Of a DNA stretch of 29,949 bases, positions 15,681 through 24,976 are shown in pieces. How positions within the stretch are numbered: the first letter of the stretch is position 1; each line of letters begins with the position of its first letter. The stretch covers positions 1-29,949 of the IMG/VR virus record IMGVR_UViG_3300032318_000522; one strand, written 5' to 3'. Under the pieces are notes generated by a model. It made no database searches and was not told the DNA's origin. It was given only the letters and a program-made list of their open reading frames with translations. Made by a program: the position numbers and the translations under genes. This DNA comes from a virus (taxonomy: Duplodnaviria; Caudoviricetes).

Positions 15681-16138
15681 GACCGGTTGGGTACGGCATC
15701 CATCCGATGGAACACCATCTGCCCGATCTTCATCCCAGGCCAGATCGCGACGGGGTGCATCCTGCGCGCGTTGCTCAGCTCCAGCGTCAGGCGGCTGCCA
15801 TGCCAGCCCGGGTCGCACCAGCCAGCCAGCAGGTGCTCGATGCCCTCGCGCGCTCGGCTGGATTTCAGCACGAACTGAGCCGCCACGGTGTCGGGGATGT
15901 TGAAGATCTCGCGGGTCTCGGCCAGGCAGAACTCACCGGGCTGCAGCAGGTAGGGGTTCTCGGCCGTGTGGCCGCTGATGCTCTGGAGCTGCAGCTCCGG
16001 GCTGTCCGGCACCTCAATCATGATGCGATCGCCCAGCAGCACGTCCATGCTGGCCGGGTTGATCAGCTCAGGATCAAACGGCACCACCATCGCGTGCCTG
16101 CGGCAGAGCAGGTGGATCTCGTAGTCAGGAATGGGCAC
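15623..16138 (-). CDS. dcd: dCTP deaminase (dUTPase superfamily)
   Basis: GTG 16138. INPASMDV.LG, LQPGEFCLAET.E, KSSRAREG, DPGWHG.LTLEL, PGMKIGQMVF, Y..GRY. Confidence 0.93.
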   Translation of the reverse strand: MPIPDYEIHLLCRRHAMVVPFDPELINPASMDVLLGDRIMIEVPDSPELQLQSISGHTAENPYLLQPGEFCLAETREIFNIPDTVAAQFVLKSSRAREGIEHLLAGWCDPGWHGSRLTLELSNARRMHPVAIWPGMKIGQMVFHRMDAVPNRSYAITGRYNGDRMVTASKG

Positions 16139-16145
16139 GCGGCTG

Positions 16146-17228
16146 TCAGTAAACCCACCGGAGCCTAGGACTGCCCTGGCGGATGCCAAGGTGGACGAAC
16201 CCTTTTGGTGCGCCGTAGCCGAGGCTATGCGGCCAGTTCTTATCGCACCAGTCCTGCACGGCGAAGATGTCCACGCCATCCACCAGGAAGTCCACGGCAC
16301 CAACGCCCGGGGCGTCGTAGAGGTGCTCGGACTGGCTGGCACCACCGACTGATCGGTTGATGGCCGCGGGCCTGTAACCGGAGGTGATCACGATCCGCCG
16401 GCCGCCGAACTGCGCGCGCACCTTCTCCAGGAACTGCGCCAGCTTGGTGGCGGTGTCGCATTGATGCTGATGGTCGAAACGCCGCGCCTCCTGGTTCAGC
16501 GCGAATTCGCCATAGCTGATGTGCGGCGTGATCTTAAAGGTGAAGGGTGACTCAGGCGTGAACATCGCCGAGATGGGTCCGGCCATCTGCTTGTCACGTC
16601 CCCAGAGATCACCTTCTGCGATGCGCCGCCGCTTGAGGCCGTTTTCCACGTTGGTACCGGGGTTGCGGTAGAGCAGCAGAGCATCAGGCACACCAGGCCA
16701 GTCTTTCTCGCGCAGCCGTTTGCTAATGGTTTCAAACCCCTTGGAGCCGTAGAAGTCCGCGCCGAGGTTATAGGCGAAGGACACCAGCGCGCTCTGCTGC
16801 TGATCGGTCAGCTCGCCCCAGCTGGGGACGCTGCTCCGCAACTTGGCGGCGATCCGGTCCACCTCCTGGCGGAGCAGCTGGTCAGCCTCGATCGCGTTGA
16901 TCCTGTCGCCGCGCTTCACTGGCCGGCCGTCGCTGTACCTGGTGGTGCCGTAACCGATCGTCCACGGTTCGCCACCGCTGAGAGGATCAGGGTATGCGTC
17001 GAGGTGACAGCCTTCGAAGTCCTTGATCAGCTTCAGGGCCGCGGCCAGATCGGACTGCTTGCTGTCCTGGCTCCAGGTGGCAAACCATGCCCGATCGCGG
17101 CGCATGGCTGCGGCGTAGCCGTTGACGGCCAGGTCTTGCTCCAGGATCTCGATCGCTGCGGCTTGGTGCGGGAGCCCGCGGTAGAACCTGAAGAGCTGCA
17201 CCAGTGTGATCGGGGCAGGGTTGGCCAT
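16146..17228 (-). CDS. Endolysin: GH24 lysozyme + peptidase M15 domain
   Basis: LIKDFEGC.L.AY.D...WTIGYGTT, ALVSFAYNLG, GLKRRR.AE, then TSGYRP..IN..VGGA..SEH...AVDF...FVHLG. Confidence 0.93.
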   Translation of the reverse strand: MANPAPITLVQLFRFYRGLPHQAAAIEILEQDLAVNGYAAAMRRDRAWFATWSQDSKQSDLAAALKLIKDFEGCHLDAYPDPLSGGEPWTIGYGTTRYSDGRPVKRGDRINAIEADQLLRQEVDRIAAKLRSSVPSWGELTDQQQSALVSFAYNLGADFYGSKGFETISKRLREKDWPGVPDALLLYRNPGTNVENGLKRRRIAEGDLWGRDKQMAGPISAMFTPESPFTFKITPHISYGEFALNQEARRFDHQHQCDTATKLAQFLEKVRAQFGGRRIVITSGYRPAAINRSVGGASQSEHLYDAPGVGAVDFLVDGVDIFAVQDWCDKNWPHSLGYGAPKGFVHLGIRQGSPRLRWVY

Positions 17229-17231
17229 CAG

Positions 17232-17381
17232 TCAGCGGCGCTTCGGGAACATCAGCCGGCCAGCCTGCAGCAGCAGCTGAATCCAGCTGTTGGACTTGAG
17301 GGGGCTGAGAGCGATCAGCTCAGAGCCGGCGGCGATGACGATGGCGACGACGGCAGCGGTTTCAGGCGACACGGCATCCAT
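17232..17381 (-). CDS. Small membrane protein, holin candidate (49 aa)
   Basis: Read manually: MDAVSPETAAVVAIVIAAGSELIALSPLKSNSWIQLLLQAGRLMFPKRR, immediately upstream of the endolysin. Confidence 0.65.
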   Translation of the reverse strand: MDAVSPETAAVVAIVIAAGSELIALSPLKSNSWIQLLLQAGRLMFPKRR

Positions 17382-17396
17382 GCGAGTGCTCCAATG

Positions 17397-17630
17397 TTAG
17401 GGCTTCATTTCAAGGACACGCACGCGGCGATCGAGTTCAGCCAGCTGCGCGCGCGCGTCGGTCTTTAGCTCATCGACTGACTTGGCCAGCTGCACGATGG
17501 TGGCCTCGATCCTGGCGGACTGGACCTGCACCGAAATCAGCAGCGCAGCGATGGCGACCATGCCAGCCGCGAGTGCTGCCGGGAGAGCAGCAGCGAGCAC
17601 GTCGTTAAGGGTTTTGGGTTCGTCCGCCAT
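17397..17630 (-). CDS. Transmembrane + coiled-coil protein (lysis cassette)
   Basis: ALAAGMVAIAALLISV then heptads ending DRRVRVLE. Confidence 0.7.
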   Translation of the reverse strand: MADEPKTLNDVLAAALPAALAAGMVAIAALLISVQVQSARIEATIVQLAKSVDELKTDARAQLAELDRRVRVLEMKP

Positions 17631-17671
17631 CGGGGCACCCTGCGTCTTCTCCATCGTAACGATCGAAGGGA

Positions 17672-17815
17672 TCAGGCATCCCTGCGCAGATGGCAAGGGT
17701 GCGCTAGGTTGGCGGCCTGATCTTCCTTGCCGCGACGGTCCACCCATTTGGCAGCCTTGCCGCCCAAACCGCCCAAGAACAAACAGGCCACGCCCACGAT
17801 GAGGTTTTCAATCAT
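17672..17815 (-). CDS. Small membrane protein (47 aa), possibly truncated
   Basis: Read manually: MIENLIVGVACLFLGGLGGKAAKWVDRRGKEDQAANLAHPCHLRRDA. Confidence 0.5.
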   Translation of the reverse strand: MIENLIVGVACLFLGGLGGKAAKWVDRRGKEDQAANLAHPCHLRRDA

Positions 17816-17844
17816 GCCTGGTGCGTGGTCTCTATGTAAGTAGC

Positions 17845-17926
17845 CTACCTACCCTGCCCGCGTGAGCTTAGGTTTGCCAGGAATGTGCTCGATGCGGGCA
17901 GCGCCGGTTTTGGATTTGACGGCCAT
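17845..17926 (-). pseudogene. Remnant of a small basic protein gene
   Basis: TGATG-coupled MAVKSKTGAARIEHIPGKPKLTRAG* (stop 17849), with RGQGR* in an adjacent frame (17862-17845). Confidence 0.45.
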
Positions 17927-18174
17927 CAATCCAATGGATGCAACCAGGCTTGGTAGGCAGCGATCACCTCAGGCGTCCAGAGTGCAGCGGCAACTGCCTG
18001 CAGCTCGGGGCAATCGTCGCTCACGTCATCACCAGGAACACGAACATGGCGATGGTAGGTCTTGCCGACCTCTGCGCCATCCTTCTCGATGATGTCGGCA
18101 CGGCGGCATTGAATCACGGAATAAGGTGGGGTAACTTCGATCTGATACTCAGAACGCTCGGTGAACTTAGCCAT
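17926..18174 (-). CDS. Tail-fiber-associated protein (putative chaperone)
   Basis: GGAGG RBS, IQCRRA.II.KDG...YHRHV..PGDD...WTPEVIAAY, follows the fiber gene. Confidence 0.7.
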   Translation of the reverse strand: MAKFTERSEYQIEVTPPYSVIQCRRADIIEKDGAEVGKTYHRHVRVPGDDVSDDCPELQAVAAALWTPEVIAAYQAWLHPLD

Positions 18175-18237
18175 TAGGGTCAACCTCCGGTTGAAACAGG
18201 TTTAAGCCGTAGTTTTAAGCCGTTGCGGGCTAATTGT

Positions 18238-19491
18238 TCACACGCGGTAGGTCATTGTAAAATGAATCCCAGAGTTTGCCGCAATAACAACAGCGCCATA
18301 TACATTGCTAGAGTTTGACGAAAAGCATGTATTGCTAATGTTGCCAGCTTGGTTTGTCATGGATCCGACGACGTAACCACTGGTTGGCGGTGCAGGCGTA
18401 AACGGCAATCCACCACATAAGATTCCTGCGCTAGACGAGGCTATGCTTGTTGCTCCAAATAGCGAGGCGTACACAACAACCTTATTTCCAATTTTTGTGT
18501 AGAAACCTTGCGATGTATAGGCTCCAACTAAAGTAAGCCCGGCGCCTTGTGTCGGCGTCCAAGTTCCCTCCTCATAATCGTCCAGCGTATTAGCGTCAGT
18601 GCAAGCCACTTGCGTAGCTGGGAACGTGATGCCGTTGGAGACTTGTAGCTTGCCGCCATTAGCCGTGGTGGTTGTTGTTCCAACCAGCAGTTCGCCTGTG
18701 CTGGCGATGCGGGCGCGTTCGGTGCTTGATGTAAATAAACGTACATCGGCTCCATCAATGCCAAGTGAAGTCCATGCAGACCTCGCATTAGTAACTGCAA
18801 CTAACTTGCCAATAGTTGAATCCGTATAAAGACCAAGAGTGCGATTATTCGTAGTATCATCAGCAATAATTCTGTAGTTATCTCCAGTAATTGATACATG
18901 CAAAACTGTAGCGGGGCTAGTAGTGCCAATCCCTACTCGGCCACTGGAATCAATCCTCATGGCCTCAACGCCGCCCTCAACGAAGGCAAGGGTGTCGGCT
19001 GCGGGGCTGTAGATGCCAGTGTTGAGATCACCAGTAAATGTGATCGACGGCGTGCCAACAGCGCCAAGGGGATGATCAATCGCAAGTGCAGAACTGACTG
19101 CAGTGGTACTCAGGCTGAGTCGTACCGTGCCGCCCGTGCTGATGGCAACTTGGTCAGCGCCTGGGCTGTAGATGCCAGTGTTAAGGTCGCCGGTGAATGT
19201 AATGCCTGGTGTGCTGGCGCTACCCAATGCAGCGGTGAGTGTTCCAGCTGAAGCCAGCAATCCTAAGTTAGTGCTGGCCAGCGTGCCGACGGTGATCCAC
19301 GCGTTGTTCGCTCCGTTGCGCAGTTTCAGCAGACCAGTGGTCGTATCTGCCCACCACTGGTAGGCATACATGGTGGCCGGTTCAGTGGTGCCGCTGCTGT
19401 TGCTGACGATCGCGGCGAGCTGTCCGTTGATGTCGGAACGCACTGCAGCGCCAGTTCCATTTGAAACGACAAAGTCTGCTTGGGGGCTCAT
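18238..19491 (-). CDS. Tail fiber/receptor-binding protein
   Basis: Follows J. Twice ITFTGDLNTGIYSP, plus MRIDSSGRVGIGT and NTLDDYEEGTWTP motifs, Thr/Gly/Ser rich. Confidence 0.88.
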   Translation of the reverse strand: MSPQADFVVSNGTGAAVRSDINGQLAAIVSNSSGTTEPATMYAYQWWADTTTGLLKLRNGANNAWITVGTLASTNLGLLASAGTLTAALGSASTPGITFTGDLNTGIYSPGADQVAISTGGTVRLSLSTTAVSSALAIDHPLGAVGTPSITFTGDLNTGIYSPAADTLAFVEGGVEAMRIDSSGRVGIGTTSPATVLHVSITGDNYRIIADDTTNNRTLGLYTDSTIGKLVAVTNARSAWTSLGIDGADVRLFTSSTERARIASTGELLVGTTTTTANGGKLQVSNGITFPATQVACTDANTLDDYEEGTWTPTQGAGLTLVGAYTSQGFYTKIGNKVVVYASLFGATSIASSSAGILCGGLPFTPAPPTSGYVVGSMTNQAGNISNTCFSSNSSNVYGAVVIAANSGIHFTMTYRV

Positions 19492-19525
19492 GACGGATTA
19501 GGTAGTGGGTTGATTCTGACAGGGT

Positions 19526-22500
19526 TTAGGCGCCCTTTCCATAGCCGACAGCCGACCACGCAAAGTTGCGGTCGATCGTGGTGCCGCCGCTGTTGCGGAA
19601 CGTCACCACGAACTGGCTGCTGGTTACGCTGCTCACCACGAAGTAGTCGCCGGTGGCCATGTTCTGCGCGGTGATGCCCACGCTTGGCAGGCTGCTATTG
19701 ACGCCGCCGAGGCTGGCAGTGCCGGAAAAGAACGCCTTGTCAAAGGTGACTGTTTTGGCGCCGGCGCTGCTGGCAATGCTTCCTAAGCTTTGATCCTGAC
19801 GGCGCTGAAAGGTGGCCTCGTAGCCCAACTCGTCGATCAGGATGTTCTGGCCTGGGTCGGTGCTGGTCAGCTCAGCCTTGAACTGAAAAGCCCGCGCCTT
19901 AAAGGTGCCGTTCACGAACTCCTGCCAGTCTGACCATGTCGGGCTGCCGGTCGGGTTGTCGCTGGTGCTGCGCAGATACATCTTGGCATTGACGGCGGAT
20001 GATGCCGCGCCATCCCAATCGGCCCAGTCATCGACCAGCCCGCTGCGGCTGTCGATCAAATCACTGGGGAAGTAGCCGCGGGTGACAAAGAATCGCTCTA
20101 GGTCCAAGCTGTAGGACGCGCCAAGGTCGAGCGTATTGGCAAACTCATAGGTTCCGCTGGTAGCCACGGTGCCGAGAACGTCCATGACTGGCAGAAGATC
20201 CACATCCGCCACAGTATCGAACGATGCAGTGCCATCAAGGGTTAGTGCATCATATTCGTCGCTATAGAAGCAACTTGTTTTAGCCCCTTGGAATGGCGGG
20301 GTATCAGCATCCTCACGCCTTGATTGGACCAGTAACTGGCCAAGCGTGTCTGGAAAATCGATGATGACGCTGGCCTCAGATTCAGACTGCCGGCCGCCGT
20401 CATCCTCGAACTTGACTAGGATCTCGCCTTCCACCAATGGGACGATTGCCTCGGTGGCACTTCCCGATTTAGCCTCAACCAGATCGACGCTGTTCCCCCA
20501 TGTTCCGCTGCCATCGGTGAGGTTGGTGTGACGGATGTGAACGCGACCGCCGACCTTGACATCTAGATCAACCGTTGCCGCCCACCGCAACCGGCCCGAG
20601 TTGGCGTTGATTGCCTCAAAGGTCAACTCCTCCACATTGCCAGGGGCTGCGGTCTTACCAACCGCTGCAAACGTGAGCACGGCAGGCTGGTTGCTGGGCG
20701 TGTTTGAGCCATTGAGGCTGTAGACATTGATCGTGTAAGTGTCAGCAACTGACTCAAGGATTTCGTAGTCGGTCCTTGGAACCACCACGCTGGTCCAATT
20801 GCCTTCGCTTTGCCGATACTGGACGCGATACTGACTTACGCCGGGAATGCTATTCCAGCTGGCGATGATCTTAACCTTGGCCTGGCCCTGCGACTCGTAG
20901 AAGGTCTCCCTAGCCGATAGGCCGTTTGGTGCGATTGGCGGCTCGTTCAGCTGCGTGATCACCCGCGGCTGCAGCGCTGCACCTCGTTCGACGTAGTCAT
21001 ATTTGCTCGGGTCGTAGGTCAGCGCTGTGATCTCGTATTGCGCCTGATCGGTTTCGGTGACGCTGAGCACCCGCCAGAGGGTGGTGTTAACGGTTGAGTT
21101 GTTGATCACCCAGATGCTGTTCACGTTTGGCGCCACGCTGAACGCGGACGCGACCGTGATCACAGCGCCAGTGATGCCACTGATCGCCTTGGTTTCTACC
21201 GTGCCATCAGGCATCACTACCGAGATGGTCGGCGTGCCAGTGATCGGCAGGCTTGTCTCGGTGGTGTCGTCCACCGTGATCGTGCTAGTCGTTGCTGCAG
21301 CGATGCGGCCACCTCGGCGGACGCCAGACTTGACTGGATCGGCAATCGAGATTACAGCGCCCGGACGCACCAGCACACCGGCATCAATGGATGCCTTGAA
21401 CTCGACCACCTCCGTCTCGTAGCCTTCGGAGTAGAGCAACCAATCGCCAAGCCTCGCAGCTTGGCCGCGGCTGTTGCAAGCGAACGCTTTGACGTTGGTA
21501 GTAACGACGCCATACTTAGCGATAGCGGTCGTGTCCTCGACTACCTCATAGGCCAGGTCCTGTGTTGTGGTGTCCAGATAGCTGACCACCGCGACCGTGT
21601 GCCGCGTCTTGAGATCTGAGCCGGTGTACTTAAAGCCTTCCTCGCTGACGTTGGCCAGCGTGAACAGGTAGCTGGCATCAGTCGGTTTGTCCTGGCTGAT
21701 TGTGAGCGCACCGGTTGACCAGTACGGCATCACACGCATGACGCTGCAAAGATCATTGATCAGCTTGTATGCCTCTTCCTGGTTCTGGATTAGCGCATTG
21801 CAACTAAAGCGTGGCTCGGTGCCGCCAAAGCCATCGTTGACCAGTGTGCCGCAGTATTGCGATGCGGCATAAAACGCGAACTTGTCTAGCTGATTGGCTT
21901 TGATGTGATCGCCAAAGCCATAGCGCGTGGATGTGAGCAAGTCGTATAAGATCCAAGCCGGATCACTCGTCCAGGTTGCGGCTGCGAATGTGCCATTCCA
22001 AACGCCGACGTAACTGATCGCGCCGGTGGTGGCATCTACCGTGCCATTGTTTGGGATCTGTACCTTGATCCCACGGATTCGATAGGTACGATTCGGAACG
22101 CTGCTGAACTGCTCTGCATCGAGCCGCAACGCAACGATCGCACTGTTGGGATATCGAAGCTTCTGCTCAATGATCTCGGTGTAGCTCGACCAGTAAAGAT
22201 CATTTAGCAGCTGGCCGCTTCCGCTATCATCAGTAACCCGTTGCACGCGGATATCAACCGGGAAGGCGCCAGTGATCGCGACCTTGTAGTCGCGCTGATA
22301 CTGGTCAGCCGTTCGGCCAGTGATCGTGTCATTGATGACGGTAGTGTAGCCACCGCCGTTATATTGAACCTTGATCAACAGGTTGATGCTGCTGCCGTTG
22401 ATGTCGCCTTCGTCCGTGAATTGCTCAAGGCGCGGCACCGTGATCGTAACTCGAACAGCATTGACGTTGCTGTCGGTGATTGTGCGAGTCAGCGGCGATG

Positions 22501-22909
22501 CTTTGAGGACGATTGTGTTGACGGTGTTCTCGTCCTCAATGTCCGAAAATCCAGAGATATAGCTCTGCGCTTGCGTGCCATAACGTGCATCAATAGTAAT
22601 GTTTTGGAAGTTGTAATCAGCTCCCTGTGGATTCGTTGCATCTGCGCCTTGTCGAAGGATCTGCGTACCATTGAGGAAGATGTCCTTGAGCATGGCCCGG
22701 TTGTAGTTGGCATCGCCGCGGGTGTATGCACGAGCTGATGGAAAGCCCTCGATCTCGCCTTCGCTAAGCAGATCGACGAAGGTGCCAAACTGCTTAGACG
22801 CCAAGCTGTCCGCATCACGGACCGGCGTTCGGGTTGGTGCGACTACCTGCTGAACAACGGTCTGCCCGCCTCCACCATTACCACCAGCACCGCGAATTAG
22901 ACTGGTCAT
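19526..22909 (-). CDS. Tail tip/central fiber protein, lambda gpJ-like
   Basis: 1127 aa. DLLSEGEIEG, YPNSA, IRGIKVQIP, WTSDPAWILYDLLT..RYG, EPRFSCN, FN3-like region. Confidence 0.95.
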   Translation of the reverse strand: MTSLIRGAGGNGGGGQTVVQQVVAPTRTPVRDADSLASKQFGTFVDLLSEGEIEGFPSARAYTRGDANYNRAMLKDIFLNGTQILRQGADATNPQGADYNFQNITIDARYGTQAQSYISGFSDIEDENTVNTIVLKASPLTRTITDSNVNAVRVTITVPRLEQFTDEGDINGSSINLLIKVQYNGGGYTTVINDTITGRTADQYQRDYKVAITGAFPVDIRVQRVTDDSGSGQLLNDLYWSSYTEIIEQKLRYPNSAIVALRLDAEQFSSVPNRTYRIRGIKVQIPNNGTVDATTGAISYVGVWNGTFAAATWTSDPAWILYDLLTSTRYGFGDHIKANQLDKFAFYAASQYCGTLVNDGFGGTEPRFSCNALIQNQEEAYKLINDLCSVMRVMPYWSTGALTISQDKPTDASYLFTLANVSEEGFKYTGSDLKTRHTVAVVSYLDTTTQDLAYEVVEDTTAIAKYGVVTTNVKAFACNSRGQAARLGDWLLYSEGYETEVVEFKASIDAGVLVRPGAVISIADPVKSGVRRGGRIAAATTSTITVDDTTETSLPITGTPTISVVMPDGTVETKAISGITGAVITVASAFSVAPNVNSIWVINNSTVNTTLWRVLSVTETDQAQYEITALTYDPSKYDYVERGAALQPRVITQLNEPPIAPNGLSARETFYESQGQAKVKIIASWNSIPGVSQYRVQYRQSEGNWTSVVVPRTDYEILESVADTYTINVYSLNGSNTPSNQPAVLTFAAVGKTAAPGNVEELTFEAINANSGRLRWAATVDLDVKVGGRVHIRHTNLTDGSGTWGNSVDLVEAKSGSATEAIVPLVEGEILVKFEDDGGRQSESEASVIIDFPDTLGQLLVQSRREDADTPPFQGAKTSCFYSDEYDALTLDGTASFDTVADVDLLPVMDVLGTVATSGTYEFANTLDLGASYSLDLERFFVTRGYFPSDLIDSRSGLVDDWADWDGAASSAVNAKMYLRSTSDNPTGSPTWSDWQEFVNGTFKARAFQFKAELTSTDPGQNILIDELGYEATFQRRQDQSLGSIASSAGAKTVTFDKAFFSGTASLGGVNSSLPSVGITAQNMATGDYFVVSSVTSSQFVVTFRNSGGTTIDRNFAWSAVGYGKGA

Positions 22910-23511
22910 GCTTCCACCTGTACGGTGTCGATGCCTGCCGAGATCACGACCGAGCCGATGATGGTTTCGCCGTAGATGATGGGCACAGGTACTCCCTGGC
23001 GGCTGGTATTTTGTACGCCGCTGAAGCTGTAGGACTTCTGCGGATCTAGCTCCGTCTCACGTGTGCCGCTGTTGGTGCTTGACAACGCAATCGTTGGCGT
23101 TGGCGTCAGCAGCTGGCTAACGCCGCCCAAGATCAAAGCACCGCCGAGCAGGCCCACCTTGGTGACCAGTGAACCGGCCAAGCCCAGGCCGAGGCCCGGG
23201 ACAAAGATCGCGAGCGCTACCAATGCAATGCCTGCCAAGATCTGGCCGACGCCACCACCAGCACCGCCGATCACGGGGATAATGCTGATTGCTTCAGTCC
23301 CAACCGGGCCATGCAGCTGCTCGCCCGGGATCGCATGGTCCCCAACCTTCACCCTGTAATGCCGGCCAGGTTGGCTGATGTGCGCTTCAAGTCCAGGGAA
23401 GTTGGCGATCAGAAACCTGACCGCCTCCGCTGCACTATCCACCGCCGCCATGAAGCGCCGCCGTCCGACGAACTTGGCCACATGCCCATAAAGTCGGATC
23501 TCGCGCAGCAT
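22906..23511 (-). CDS. Tail assembly protein, gpI-like
   Basis: IRLYG, AEAVRFL, IIPVIGGAGG, SYSFSG.QNT..QG.PVPIIYGE. Confidence 0.93.
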   Translation of the reverse strand: MLREIRLYGHVAKFVGRRRFMAAVDSAAEAVRFLIANFPGLEAHISQPGRHYRVKVGDHAIPGEQLHGPVGTEAISIIPVIGGAGGGVGQILAGIALVALAIFVPGLGLGLAGSLVTKVGLLGGALILGGVSQLLTPTPTIALSSTNSGTRETELDPQKSYSFSGVQNTSRQGVPVPIIYGETIIGSVVISAGIDTVQVEA

Positions 23512-23519
23512 GGCCAGCG

Positions 23520-24239
23520 TCAGCCTGTTGTCAGTGTATCGGCGAACTGATGCCGCAGCCGGCGGCCTGTGCATTTCTGCAACCAGCCGCCATACAGATC
23601 GCGGCTGCTCAGCCGACCTCGCAGGTGATGCAGCACCAGCTGGTCGCCGATGTAGACGCCGACGTGGTTCAGGCCCGAGCCCTCGATGCTCATCAGCAAG
23701 GCATCGCCAAACTGCAAATCATCCTCAGGCAGCAGCTCGCGGAATCCTGCATCACGCCAGAACTGATCGAACTGCGGCGCCGCCTGAAACTCCGCTGGGG
23801 TGGTAGGCCGCGGCCAGTCCGGCAGCTTGATCCCATGCTCGCCGTACCAGTCGCGCGCAAGGGTCCAACAATCGGCAACGGCCCACACCCATTCGCGGCC
23901 GATCAGCGGCGCCTTGTAGCCGCTTGGAGCGGTCTCAGACCAAGCGCCTGTCTTCGGGTTGTAGATGTGCCACGGCAGCCCGCTGGCCTCAATGCTGAGC
24001 AGATCGGCCTCGCTTGGTTCTGCTGGTGTGATCGGATGGCTATGGAAAATCGCCTCGATCTCGCCGGCATCTTCGGCCGCGGCAAAGTCGGTCGGATCCA
24101 TGATGAACTGCTCGACATCCGTTGCCAGGTTGTGGCATGGCCAATAGCGCCGGCGACCTTTGACGACCACCAGCAAACCGCACGCCTCGCGGGGGTCGTC
24201 GCCTTTGGCGTGATCCATTGCCGCATCGCGCCAGCTCAT
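23520..24239 (-). CDS. Tail assembly protein gpK-like (JAB/MPN + NlpC/P60)
   Basis: PREACG, HSHP, PSEAD, DCWTL, NHVGVY, LHHL. Confidence 0.95.
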   Translation of the reverse strand: MSWRDAAMDHAKGDDPREACGLLVVVKGRRRYWPCHNLATDVEQFIMDPTDFAAAEDAGEIEAIFHSHPITPAEPSEADLLSIEASGLPWHIYNPKTGAWSETAPSGYKAPLIGREWVWAVADCWTLARDWYGEHGIKLPDWPRPTTPAEFQAAPQFDQFWRDAGFRELLPEDDLQFGDALLMSIEGSGLNHVGVYIGDQLVLHHLRGRLSSRDLYGGWLQKCTGRRLRHQFADTLTTG

Positions 24240-24973
24240 GAGATGAATGCTCCAATGCCAGGGAAGGATCCGAACGGCAGGGATCCGGTCGATCCAAACC
24301 GTAGCTTGCAGCTATCGAGCCGCTTGCCGCAAACATCCAGCGCCAAGGTCGCGACGGATTGATCGCTTGCATTGAAGTAGTTGCTGCCGGTGTAGCTGCA
24401 TTCAGCAGAGCGGTAGATCCATTGACAGATGCTGCTGATGCACTGGCGCTTTGGTGCGCGCACACCAGCTAGGTCAAACGCTGCAGCGCATTCCCATTCG
24501 ATCAGCTGGCGGTTCTCGGTTGACTTGCGGCTGAGGTAGTAGATCTCCCGGGGGAACTCCGCGGTAGGGTCTGGCGTGCCGTAGGGATTAGTGCCACCGG
24601 TGAAGTTGGCGCCATCGATGTAGCGCGCCATGGTGCGGATCCGGGTCAGCTTGGCGCCGGCCAGGTCGTTGTTCGGCGTGACCGCGTTCACAGTTGCAAG
24701 GATGGTGCTCATTGTGCCGAGCACGTTGCTGACCTTGATCTTTGGCCGCGGCAGTTGGCCATTGCCGCTGTACTCAAAACCATCCATCTCGAGCGGCAGC
24801 CGCTGGTATGAGTTGCTGTCCCATACCAGTTCGCCGTTGGCATTCATGTTGCTTCCAGCATGGAACCGGTAGACGGTGCTGCTGCCGTGGAGTGCCGTGA
24901 TCAGCTGCAACTCGAACAGCTCGATCACCGAGCTTGGCGCGATCTTCTGGAGCTCTGAGACTGGAATCGCCAT
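24236..24973 (-). CDS. Minor tail protein gpL-like
   Basis: [53 protein letters not shown]. Confidence 0.95.
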   Translation of the reverse strand: MAIPVSELQKIAPSSVIELFELQLITALHGSSTVYRFHAGSNMNANGELVWDSNSYQRLPLEMDGFEYSGNGQLPRPKIKVSNVLGTMSTILATVNAVTPNNDLAGAKLTRIRTMARYIDGANFTGGTNPYGTPDPTAEFPREIYYLSRKSTENRQLIEWECAAAFDLAGVRAPKRQCISSICQWIYRSAECSYTGSNYFNASDQSVATLALDVCGKRLDSCKLRFGSTGSLPFGSFPGIGAFIS

Positions 24974-24976
24974 GGC

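Noticed and set aside
16139-16345. N-terminal extension of dcd in the ORF track
   Set aside because: Lies within the endolysin. Dcd similarity starts at GTG 16138.
23520-24239. JAB domain plus ubiquitin-like neighbour as a defence/conjugation system
   Set aside because: This is the standard lambda K-I tail tip pair in L-K-I-J order.
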